Positions 39,021 through 50,211 of a stretch of DNA of 64,000 nucleotides are shown piece by piece. The position numbers were made by a program, and so were the translations under genes. Source of the DNA: Isurus oxyrinchus (taxonomy: Eukaryota); contig JANJGN010000038.1 in assembly GCA_026770705.1 (NCBI GenBank), forward strand, positions 12,710,001 through 12,774,000, in the 5' to 3' direction. Below the pieces are notes generated by a model. It ran no database searches, was not told the DNA's origin, and saw nothing but the letters and a program-made list of their open reading frames with translations. Position 1 is the first letter of the stretch; every line of letters begins with the position of its first letter.

Positions 39021-39219
39021 CACCGGTGGAACAACATTGCACATGAAGCACAAAAACAAAGTTATCAAACAGGTGCAACAGGTGATTAATAAGGCAAATG
39101 GATTTTGGTCTGTATTGCTAGGGGGTTAAAGTGTAAAAACAGGAAGTATTTTTACAAATGTGGAGGGCCTTGTTGAGGCCGCACCTGGAGCACTGTCTGT
39201 AGTTTTGGTTCCTGATTTT

Positions 39220-40906
39220 CAGAGAATCACTGAATCACACAGTGCAGAAGGGGCCCTTTGGCCCATCGAGTCTGCACCGACACGTGAGATCTACCTACCT
39301 AATCCAATTCACCAGCACATGTCCCATAATCTTAAATGTTATGATGTGCCAAGTGCTCATCCAGGAACTTTTTAAAGGATGTGAGGCAACCTGCCTCCAC
39401 CACCCTCCAATTCAGCGCATTCCAGAATGTCAAAACCCTCTGGGTAAAAATGTTTTTCCTCACATCCCACCTAAGCCTCCTGCCCCTCACCATGAACTTA
39501 TGTCCCTTCGTGACTGACCCTTCAACTAAGGAGAACAGCTGTTCCCTATCCACCCTGTATATGCACCTCATAATCTTGTACACCTCGATCAGAACGCCCC
39601 TCAATGTTCGCTGCTCCAACGACCACAAACCCAGTCCATACAACCTCTCTTCATAACTTAAATGTTTCATCCTAGGCATCATCCTGGTGAATCTCCTCTG
39701 CACCTCCTCCACTGCAATCATGGAGAGACCAGAACTGCACATGTTACTCCAGCTGTGGCCTCACCAAGGTTCTATACTTCTCCAAGATGTCCTCCCTAGT
39801 TTTGTAATCTATGCCTCGATTGATAAAGGCAAGTGTCTTATATGCTTTTTTCACCACCCGACGAACATGACGCTCCGCCTTCAGACATCTAGGGACACAC
39901 ACGCCAAGGCCCCTTTGTTCCTCAGAACTTCCTCCTGTCGTGCCTTTCATTTGAATTCTTCCTTGTCAAATTACTCCTTCCAAAGCGTATCACCTCATAC
40001 TTTTCAGGGTTAAATCCCATCCACCACTTATCTGCCCATTTGACCATCCTTTACATATATTCCTGTTACCCAAGACACCCTACCTCACTGTTAAACATCT
40101 GGGAAATCTTTGTGCCATCCGAAAACTCACTAATCCTACCCCCCACATAGTCTTATATGCCGTTTATATGAATGATGAATAAAAGGGGACCCAGCACACA
40201 TCCCTGTGGTACGCCAATGGACGCTGGTTTCCAGTCACTAAAGCATCCCTGTGTCATCACCCTCTGTCTCAGACAACTAAGCGAATTTTGAATCCACCTT
40301 ATAAATTACCCTGTATCCCATGCGCATTTGCCCTCTGTATAAGTCTCCCATGTGGGAACTAATCAAAGGATTTGCTGAAATCCACATAAACTACATCAAC
40401 AGCAGTACCCTCATCTACCCGCCTGGTCCCCTTCTCAAAAAAGTGAAGCAAATTTGTTAGGCATGGCCTCCCTCTGACAAAGCCATGCTGAATATCCCTG
40501 TTCAAGCCTTGCCTCTCCAAATGTAGGTCGGTTCTATCCTTCAGAATTTTCTCCAATAGTTTCCCTACCACTGATGTGAGACTCACTGGTGTGTAGGTTT
40601 CTGGCTTATCTCCATACCCCTTCTTCAATAGCGGAACCAAATTCGCTGTTCTCCAGTCCTCAGGCACATCCCCGATGGCCATAGGGGAATTAAAAATTTG
40701 GGCCAGATACCTGCCCCCCTCAGCAGTTTGGGACATAAATCATCTGGACCTGGAGGTTTGTCCACCTCTAAGCCTGCCAACAACTCCAATATCTTGTCAG
40801 TCCCAATGTCAATTTGCTTAACAACCTCGCAATCTCTCTCCAATAGTTCGAACTTTTCATCCTCATTCTCTTCTGTGAAGACGCATGAGAAGTATTCATT
40901 CAACAC
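39220..40906 (-). mobile_element. Nested CR1-type LINE insert 2
   Basis: ORFs with KPPGPDD, PVSLTSVVGKLLE and YVDFSKSFD; ATTT present at both junctions. Confidence 0.92.
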
Positions 40907-41779
40907 ATTTAAGAAAGGAAGTAGTCGCATTGAAGGCAGTTCAAAAGATATTCACTGGGCTGATTCATGGAATGAAGGAGTTGACTTATCAAGAATGGCT
41001 AAACAGTTTCGGCCTTTATCCATTAGAGTTTTGAAGAATGAGTGTTATCTTAGTGAAACGCACAAAATCCTGAGGTTGCTTGGCAGGGTAGGCGTTGAGA
41101 AAATATTTCCACCACTGGGGAAATCTAAAACTAGGGGACATGGTTAGAAAATAAAGGGACAATCATTTGAAGATGAGATGCAACGGAATTTGGCCTCTCA
41201 GAGGGTAGTCAATGCCTGGAATTCTTTACCCCAGAGTGTTGTGGAGGCTAGGCTACCGAAAGTACTTAAAGAGGAGATGGATGTGCTTTTGCAATATCAG
41301 GAAGTTGAGAGCTATGAGGAGCTGGCAAGAAAGAGGAGTTGTGGCCTGGGGCAGATCAGTTCTCATTTTATTGAAAGACGGGGCAGGCTTGAGAGGCCAA
41401 ATGGCCTACTCCTGCTCCTCTTTGTTTTGTTCATTAAAGATTGCTGAATGTTGGAAAATGGCTCTGATTGGTAGAGGCTCTGCTGCGGAGGATCCACAAG
41501 CATCAAGCTTACATAGAGAGCAAATGGCTCGGGCCCAATTTAGGGGTTTTACGATAAGACCAATTTTATAGTGCTTGGTACTTTAAGAGTCCCAACGCGT
41601 GTATTGGGCATTGTGGGTTGACCTGCAGCAAACGCTGATTGTGAGCACTTGTTAATTTATGACTTAACTGTTGTCAGTGATGTAGGTCTAATATTTCTTC
41701 ACTTTTGCTCTGCTAAGTAGTGATTGTCAAATATTGAATGCACATTGATTCTTTCTCTGTCATTTCCCATTTAAACCCT

Positions 41780-42700
41780 GCCCCTCGGCGATGTTATCTG
41801 AAACCACACCATTAATTTTCACCTCTATGATGATGATGCTGAATTCTACACCACCACCACCACTATCGACTCCTCCAATGTCATGAAATTGCCAGACTAA
41901 TGCCCGACATTCAGTCCTAGATTAACAGTAATTTCGCCCAACTAAATATCGGGAATGCTGAAGCCGTGATCTTCAGAACCAGCTGCACATTCCACTCCCT
42001 TGAAGCCGGTTCCACCCCTCTGTCTGCTAATGGCTGAGGCTGTATCACAGTCTTTGCCACTTTGGTGTAATTATTTGACCCCAAGACCAGTTTCTGACCA
42101 TATATTTGCTCCATTGCTCCGACAGTCTATTTAAACCTCAGGAAGATCTTCCCACTCCGCTCACACTTCTCCACAATCTATGCTGCAGCTTCATTCATAC
42201 CTTTATTCCCTTTAGATTTGGCTATTCCAATGCACTTGTAGCCAATAGCCCACATTCTATCCTCAGTGAACTTTAGGTCATCGAAAACTACTGCCCGTGT
42301 ATTAATCACTTTAAGTACCATTCACCAATCACCTTCTGCTTGCTGAATGGCATTGTGCCCCGTTCAACCAAAGCATTGATTTTTAAATTCCCATCCATCC
42401 ATGATCTTGAACATCCCACACCCTGTAAAGTCATCCAGCTACGTAAGTTTCCAAAAATGTGGGCCTGCCAAATAAAGCTTCTCTGATTTTAATTGCACCC
42501 CTGCCCGCCCTAAGGACCGAAGCACTAGAATTCCCTCTCGAAACTTCACCCGTTATCCAGCGTTTTTTTTAACCAAACATTAGCCATTCTCCTAATTATC
42601 ACCTTACGTATCTCATTGGTTTGGCTTTTAAGACTCCTCTGAAGTGCATTGGGAAGTTTCATTGCGCTGAAGATAATGTAAGTCCAAGTTTTGTTTGTTA
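41780..42700 (+). mobile_element. Degenerate L2-like LINE 3' fragment
   Basis: FHLYDDD (YADD-like) at about 41818-41838; similar to 51300-52060. Confidence 0.55.
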
Positions 42701-43096
42701 ACTGCTATCGATAACCTGTTTTATCTTTCATGTTTATGGAGCACTATGGTTTTGTAACTTCACCTGGAAACATTTTCAAACAAAATTTTCTGAAATAATG
42801 GGATTCATATTCGACAGCAAAAAAGAATTTAGGACACACTCAAATCATTCATGATATCATCAAATGGTGGAACAAGATGAAGCGGCACATCAGCTCACTC
42901 CAAATGTTTTTGTTCGCATCGGCTAATGATAACAATCCAAGTTCATCTAAGTTGCTTCATAAGTTAAATCCCGTGTCACATGTACTATTATAGCTTATTT
43001 CCTCTATGCCCTTGCTAAGATGTTAACATCATCCCTTATCTGCAGTTCACATAATTAGGCACATTATTCCAAATGGTTCTTAAGCACTATTCTTAC

Positions 43097-43830
43097 TGTT
43101 ATGACACAACTGTTGATAAAGGCTAACCTTTAAAATCCCAGATGGAAACTTTAAACAACTGTCATTATCTACATTTTCAATTGGTGCGTTTGAGATGCAA
43201 CTCTGAATTCAGAAATGAACCCCCTCAACCCTTCAGTGGTTATTATATCAAACTAAATGATACATTTATGAATAGACAACAAGGCATTGAACACATAAAC
43301 ATTTCTACAAATTATTAACATAACTTATAACAAATTTCCAAATTAATCTCCAAGAAGGCAAAAATAGCCAATAGACTTAACCAGAGCCCCGGCAAAGCAA
43401 TTTCATCTTATGAATTGAAAATGAGTTTCCTTTCAAGTTGGTTCCTTTGCAGGCAGCTGTAGGCTTACAGCTTTTGACCTTACATGACTCTGGTTTAACA
43501 CACAGAACTCTTACGCATATACCGAGCCTTCCCCTTTGAATGCAGTTGTTCATTCTATCACCAGGTCATTTGAACGCCTTTCACAATACCAATTTTGTTA
43601 GTAATATAGACATTGCTTTGTTTCTCTTGGCTTAGTGCAAGTTTTCGCTCTGCTTCTCGAATGCTGCATTCAACAAAATGCAAATGCACCCTAGCATACT
43701 GTTTACATCTCAAAATTAGTATACATCAAAGCAGGCAGGCAAGCTGCCTTTAGTCCAATTAACACACACAGACTAAACCCCTATTTAAAAAAAACAATTA
43801 CATTGCATCGATTAATATTTCTTCCTGACA
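43097..43830. mobile_element. Probable solo LTR in the J-C1 intron
   Basis: TGTTA...TGACA termini, near-identical 4-bp flanks (TTAC/TTAT), 734 bp. Appears to interrupt a minus-strand CR1 remnant. Confidence 0.5.
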
Positions 43831-45400
43831 TTATTTTAAGTTTAGCATAACCTTATTACCTTATGCTTTATGAAACAACTGCAAATGTCTGCCACCTTCA
43901 AGATCACTGTGCATGCGGCCCCAGGTCGCTCGATTCCAGTCCCCTTCTCCACCGACTAAGAACTGATTATTTAGTTTTTGTTACAATTTCTCATTCATTC
44001 ATCAAAAACCTATACCACAACACTTCCCTGCATTTAACAGAACCTGCAATGCATCAACCCAGTTGACCAGTCAGACTACGTTAGCTCTTCATTATATTTA
44101 CACATTGCATGCCATCTGAAATCTTTGAAATTCTGCCCCGTATCCCTGAGTCCAGGTCATTAATATGTACCAGAAAGAACAATAGTTCTCAAACCGCCCC
44201 GGGCTGACAACGGGCAATTTCTTCCAATCAGAAACAATAATTCAGAACCATTATTTGGTGACTTCTATCCCTTCCCAAATCTTGTATTCAGCCTGTCGCC
44301 TCCATTTTAACCCCGTGGACTTTAGTTTTGATGCTTAAGCAAACAATATTTGTAGGTCCATATACTCAGCATCACCTGCACTGAGCTCAACAACCGTCTC
44401 TGCTACACCATCAAAAATTCATCCAAGATAGTTAAACATAATTTTCCTTTAACAAACTCCGTTTGCTTGTAACTAATGAGAGTACCAATTAATTTTCGCC
44501 GCATTATCGTCTGTACAGTTTTCCACATTTCTACTTCTGGGCTGATTGGCTGCATTTTTCAAGTTCTCCGCTTTGTGTGCCCGGGTACAACATTTTGGAA
44601 CACCCAGTCTTCCAGGACCACTGTCATATCTAAGGAGGTTTGAAGGCTGTGGTGGTAGCTTTAACTGTTTCATCACTTGCTTCTATCAGCATTCCATCCG
44701 TCCATGTGATTTTTTTCTTCTTTAAGCGCTGCTAACATTTAAGTAACGTTTTTAAATATATCGAATCTCTTCAGTTTCCTTAGTGCCCCCAACTTACTGT
44801 GACATTGACAGAATTAAGCAACTTTTTCAGTGAAGGCACAAGTAAACTATTTATTTTTGCCTCTGCCACGCCCTTTACCGCCAGAACAATATAGGTTTCG
44901 GTGCCTAATTATCCTCACACTTCCTTTGACAATCCTACTGCTTAGGTGCTCATAAAAGAAGTTATGAAACACTTTGAGTTTGCCTTTTATTTTAAAGGCA
45001 TATATATATTCACATACATTGCCACTATTATTCTGTTTTTCTCGTTCGCCCTTTACATTATATGCTCAATTTGCTTCTGTACTTATGAAACATACATTTC
45101 CCATAAGCATTGCGATTCTGCTTCATATTAATTTCTACGTTTAGTCATTCATGGAATTCCAGTTTGATGTTCTTCCCTTTCATTTCATGGAAATGTGTCT
45201 ACCCTGTACCCGAGCCATTTTCTCTTTAAAGATCTATTATACGTTTGTGGTTTTAACTATCAATTTATGATTCCAATCATCCTGTGTCAGGTCCATTAAC
45301 ATATCATTGAAAATGTTTCACAATTTTATATGTATTTTTTCTCATTTTCTGGGAGGATCTTTCATGCAGTTCTGCCTTAATATTAGTAGTTTACAGGAAT
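43831..45400 (-). mobile_element. Old degenerate CR1-type LINE
   Basis: Patchy reverse-complement similarity to the CR1 copies elsewhere in the window. Confidence 0.5.
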
Positions 45401-47550
45401 TAGCATTAAATAAAGGGTGGTTTTTATTCCTAGAGTCCTCTCTCTATATTGGATCTTTTGGGCTCTCTCACTGCGAAATGAGAACAGTACATTACTGTCG
45501 TGTCATTCGTTGCCACAAAACGTTCCTTGGCTAACCAGTAAGAATAAGAAACTAGTTACACAGTGGCACAAGACAAATGGGAAGATACGATTTGAAAATG
45601 GACGAAGAATGAGATTTACTTCGGGAAGATGAAAAAAATAAAAAAAACGCAAGGATAAACACGGGGTTTGCCTCGACTGAAAATAAAATACTTTCATAAA
45701 GATTGAATGTTAGAAGGGCATGGTGTGGAGGAGTTCAAATGTGAGAACGTTAAGTTGAAATTGGCAAAAAAAATAAGAAACTGCAAGAGGTAATTGATGG
45801 CACATAGCCTAAAATATCGATAACAGACAAAGAGCAGATGATTTATCGAGAAACTTCCAAATATCTTTGGACTGAACCTGTGCCAGAGATATGGAGTGTT
45901 AGCAATGCAGTTTAATTATTTGAGCAGTGGTAAAGGAATACACAGGATAAGGGTGGAGCAAATAATGATAAGTCATCTTCTGGAGTCATAAAGGTGAAGG
46001 CAATTACCATTATTTATGGACTTGAATGTGTTCGAGTGAAAATTGCAAACAATCATTCTTCAGATATGTCGGGAAGATAACATGGGCAAAGTTGGGAAGG
46101 ATTTTTATAGGAGATTATATAGGCAGCCTAAAAAAATGGAAAATTCGGAGAAAAATAAAATGTATCACAAATTACAGTTGATGAAAGTGTACAAAACTGA
46201 GTAAAAATTGATACGTGTCTGCAAAAATAAAAGATGGAGTGCGGAAATGGGGATGAGGAAGTGAACAATTTAATCAGCTGCATAATTATGGCCAATGGAA
46301 GTCTTAAATTAACAATCATTTGCCAAGTTGGAAAAAAAACTATATAAAATTATTTCCCTCTGATGTTGAGAATGTGAATATTATTGAAGTATATGTTGCA
46401 ACCAACGTTTTACCCGTTGATTTGTCAGTAAAGGCAAGGAATGATATTAAGCCACAAAACCTCCTTTTCCGACTTCAGGGAACCGCAATTAGCATTTAAT
46501 CTTCCTCTTTACACTATTTGATAAAGGGTTTAAAACATTTTTATGTCAATAAATGAATGCCTGCTTTATCGGTCCTGTAACAGCTCAAGGGAAAGTTAAC
46601 AGTTTTAACGTAGCTTAAATTGGGGAGCATCAGTTGCAGAGAGAAGGAATTCTATGGGTGGAACAACCTGTATGACTCCAGGTAATGGAAGCGATACCAG
46701 TTTATCGCCACGTGTTTTATTTTTCAGCTTTCATAGAATATTGCACTTTTCTATTAATGACTGTTCCATCTATGCAGCGATTCCCTTCAACCTCAGCAAT
46801 GCTCCTAGTCCAGTCTGCATCTCACCCCTACCTTCTCAGTGTTAATGGGCTAAAGGTTCATCTCTGCCGATGGCGCAAATCGGGCAGAAGCGGATCGGCA
46901 GCTATTATGTGCAGTGCCTGATGTAACGCCCATTGCAGTCAGTGAAACATAACATCAGATGCTGCTTTAAACAGGCGGCCGAGCCAAAACCGCCCGTCTT
47001 TGCACTACCACCAGGGACGGATTTCCAGCCCTCAGATCCCAAATTAACAAATTTCTTCTTCAAATACAGTAAGGCAATGAACGGTATAACATACCAAGTG
47101 TTAGAAAAAGCTTCACCATTCTCAATAAAGCTTTAAATAAAGGGGCAGGGAGGGGGTGGTTGGGGAGCAGCTCTTACTTTATTTCCATGCATCGAATTTA
47201 AAAGAGAACATAATTGGAACATTGTAACCTGCTGTTGTTTCAAAGCTCTCTGCTGTTCCTCCTAATCATAAACACAGAGCGCCGCTATCAGCTGAAATAC
47301 AGGTCTAGGATACAGGATTCCATGGAAACATGATTCCCATATCATTGCAGTCCAGAGCTGAAATTGGTTGTCGTTGGTAATACAACACAACCTGATAGCG
47401 AATCGCTAGTTAGTGTTTCACCTTATACTGTCTAATTTCCATTGAAGTTCACAGAACATTTCAATCTCCTTTAGGAAACTCGACTGGTTTCACTGTCATT
47501 TTTCCTTGATGAGAAATTAAAACGATGACATTGTAGTCCACGTCAACCGA

Positions 47551-47616
47551 GTGGGGGGTGGTGGGGGGGGGGGGGGGGGGGGGGTCGGGGGGTGGGAGGA
47601 GGGGGGCTGGTGGGGG
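47551..47616 (+). repeat. G-rich tract with a G22 run
   Basis: G6, G22 (47563-47584), G6, G3, G6 and G5 runs. Confidence 0.9.
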
Positions 47617-48294
47617 AAGCTGGCGCTTGTAAAATAGGTTTCTCAATTTCTAGCGCACCTTTAACGCCACTTGGACAGACCAGTGTCATGCCCAGTGAGT
47701 CACTTTCTAGGTCACTGACTTGTGCCCTTAAATCAAAAGTCACAAATCTCCAGGTGCGAATGGACAACAGATTTTTAAGGTTCTGTTCCGATATTAACGT
47801 AAATCTTTGTCATAGAGAACGATAAAAGGTTTAGAGGGAGTAATAAATCGTAAGCTGTGTTTTACAAAATAATAGCACGCATCATTTATTTGCTTTCAGA
47901 AACCATTCCTCACTGCAACATTGTATTAACTTTTCGGATTAGAATTGTTGCCTCTACTTTGTGAAGGAACATCTCAGTAAGGAGGAACTTTGCAAATCCG
48001 GTTCCGTTTTAAGTATTTAAAACATCACCATCTTTCTAAACAACTATCTTAAGTGTTATGTGACAGATAAGTTATAAACCTAAAACCAATTTCACTAGAT
48101 TATCGAAAGAAATACCTTTTGAAATAACAAAGTTCTAAGCCCGTTCGAAGTTGACTGACAGTCAAACCAATCAGGTCCTGGAAAGAGCTGCGAACATCAC
48201 AAACCTGCTTCAGCCGATTTGAATGAGAACATTAATTCTTCTTATCCTATATGTACAAAATCTTATTAACAAATTAGAAAGAAAGGTCACTTAC

Positions 48295-48342
48295 CAGAGT
48301 TCACAGTCAGCACCGTGCCAGCCCCATCGTAGTTGTTATAGT
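48295..48342 (-). CDS. IgNAR: IgNAR J segment (YNNYDGAGTVLTVNS)
   Basis: VNAR FR4 motif YDGAGTVLTVN; donor TCT G|GTAAGT, phase 1. Confidence 0.97.
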
Positions 48343-48381
48343 CACAGTCAGTCAGCTCCCAGTCAGCCCAGTTCAAAAAGT
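48343..48381 (-). other. J 5' recombination signal sequence (23-bp spacer)
   Basis: CACAGTC 48343-48349, 23 nt, TCAAAAAGT 48373-48381, read away from the J coding end. Confidence 0.88.
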
Positions 48382-48696
48382 ATCAACGAAGAAGAATTTG
48401 GCAATAAATATTCCAAAGCAAGACGGATCCAAGGACATGTTGCATACTTTTTATTCCTTAATAAAACTTTATTTTCTGTCCGTTTCTGTCCGTGCCGATA
48501 GTTCGTATGAGCAATGGGGCTTTTTGTAACATTGAAAAAGACAATCCAGTGTTTCAATTTTACTGGGAATGCGGATAGATTCCAAACAAAAGTCGATCAG
48601 GAATTGATTTCAACCTCTGTGCAGCAAGAGATCAAGTGTAAGAAAGTAGATTATTCAGCCATATTCACGAGCAGTAAAGTAAATAACTGTCGGGGA

Positions 48697-48764
48697 GGTT
48701 TGTGCTGTGGCCCGAGTCACTGTGTCATAGCAGTTACACATCAATTCATTCCAACACAATAAAT
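48697..48764 (-). other. IgNAR: IgNAR D3 segment (coding 48725-48736, TAACTGCTATGA) with 12/12 RSSs
   Basis: V-facing RSS is degenerate: CACATCA 48737-48743, 12 nt, ACAATAAAT. J-facing RSS: CACAGTG 48718-48724, 12 nt, GCACAAACC 48697-48705. Open frames NCY and TAM. Confidence 0.88.
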
Positions 48765-49079
48765 CCATTCTCCAAAACTTTACAATAAATCCTTCAGGTG
48801 TTCAAAAAATTGATTGAAAAATGTGGTAAATCGTTGCCTTTATGTTAGGATCCCTTAGATGTCTATAATTCTCACCCACTAGAAAAATCCTGGCGAATGT
48901 AAAGTGTTCCATTATGAAGATGACATTTATAAAATTTATAAAATAACCACCTAAATAGCTAGAAAAAAGCCTTTAAAATACCAGGCACTGTCTGACGAAG
49001 ATAATAAATATTTAGTCATGAGATATCTTAGCCATTCAGAAAGTGATATCTGTTCGCTTTGCCTTAAGAGGTGTGGGGA

Positions 49080-49165
49080 AGTTTGTGTATTATGCGAATC
49101 CAGGATTCATCACTGTGGCACATCGTCACACCAGCCACACAGTCATAGGGATCAGTGCAAAAAGG
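49080..49165 (-). other. IgNAR: IgNAR D2 segment (coding 49118-49137, TGGCTGGTGTGACGATGTGC) with 12/22 RSSs
   Basis: V-facing RSS: CACAGTC 49138-49144, 12 nt, GCAAAAAGG. J-facing RSS: CACAGTG 49111-49117, 22 nt, ACACAAACT 49080-49088. Open frames GWCDDV and AGVTMC. Confidence 0.93.
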
Positions 49166-49353
49166 TCGCACGTGCAGTAATGCAACGCTCTCAGTTTTGA
49201 TGTATACACTATCTGTATACACAACACAACATTGTTCTTTTAAGCCTTTTATAACTAAACCCATCCAAATCACTGAGAAACCGAAAACTTGCTGCTAAAC
49301 CCGTTGAGATATGATGACTCTGTTCTCACTTTTAAAACATAATCTCTGCTGGT

Positions 49354-49436
49354 AGTTTGTGTATTACAGGAACCGTCTTCTCGATTGCTGTGGCAGCTAT
49401 AGTATGTACACAGTGGTACAGCCCAGCGCACAAATA
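49354..49436 (-). other. IgNAR: IgNAR D1 segment (coding 49393-49408, TACATACTATAGCTGC) with 12/23 RSSs
   Basis: V-facing RSS: CACAGTG 49409-49415, 12 nt, GCACAAATA. J-facing RSS: CACAGCA 49386-49392, 23 nt, ACACAAACT 49354-49362. Open frames TYYSC and HTIA. Confidence 0.92.
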
Positions 49437-49626
49437 GGTTCACATGCGGGGCTGTACATTGAACAACCGCACTTCAAATCCTCATTCTCACTGCGGAGAT
49501 TTCTGATCTTGAAAATATCACCAATTATTTACACAACTCCGCCGGTCTCAGATGGGAATCTGTGAGTGCAACGTTTGAGTGAAAAAACGAAGCAGTTCCT
49601 ATTTTAATCACCAGAAGATCCGAGGG

Positions 49627-49664
49627 TGTTCTTGTATGAGCAGAAGTTCAAACTCATTACTGTG
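49627..49664 (-). other. V 3' recombination signal sequence (22-bp spacer)
   Basis: CACAGTA (49658-49664), 22 nt, ACAAGAACA (49627-49635). Confidence 0.9.
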
Positions 49665-49936
49665 AGTTTGAGCTTTGCAGTAAAACGTGACACTGTCTTC
49701 AACTGTCAGGTCATTGATTCGCAGGGAAAATGACTTGCTTCCCTTGTTGACTGATTCAACATATCGGCCGCCAATGGTTATCCGTTCCCAATTTGTTGAT
49801 CCCGGGTTTTTCCGGAACCATGATGTAGAGTACAAGCTACAGCAAGTATCCTTTAGGACGCAGTTGATTGTCAGGGAATCGCCTGTCTCTTTCGTTGCCG
49901 TTCTTGGTGTTTGGTCCACTCTAATACTGAAGGTAC
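49665..49936 (-). CDS. IgNAR: IgNAR V segment (VNAR), type II-like, germline unrearranged
   Basis: Acceptor TTCTCCATTCAG|GT. Encodes [91 protein letters not shown]. Canonical C22, W36 and C83; short VNAR fold without CDR2; Cys in CDR1 and none in FR2. Confidence 0.98.
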
Positions 49937-50078
49937 CTGAATGGAGAAAATATATTAAATAACTTGCGGGTCTGAAACAATGAAAACATTTAAAGGCAAA
50001 GGCAAATTACACAATACGGGCGCAGCCACACTAATTTAACCAGTTACTGTACACTCTTTTTTAGCGAACAGCACTTAC

Positions 50079-50121
50079 TTGGTAACCAGGTTAAAAGGAG
50101 CGAAAGGCAGAAAATATTCAT
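50079..50121 (-). CDS. IgNAR: IgNAR leader exon (signal peptide MNIFCLSLLLTWLP)
   Basis: ATG at 50121; 43-nt exon ending CCA A|GTAAGT (phase 1). The peptide matches the MNIFLLS..L.WLP leader of shark IgNAR. Confidence 0.95.
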
Positions 50122-50211
50122 TGTTTCTTCACCAGTGTGGAAAACATAAGCAGAACGAACTCTAGACCTCAACACCAACTGTTCTGTGTAACGGTGTGTA
50201 GCAGAACACCG

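Larger units (their letters stand above)
37245..41430 (+). mobile_element. Host CR1-type LINE split into three pieces (about 37245-37652, 39037-39219, 40907-41430)
   Basis: The pieces follow on collinearly along the CR1 RT C-terminal region and end in GGCCAAATGGCCTACTCCTGCTCCT. Confidence 0.85.

Noticed and set aside
48302-48308. Second CACAGTC heptamer inside the J coding region
   Set aside because: No nonamer at 12 or 23 nt; explained by the L-T-V codons of FR4.
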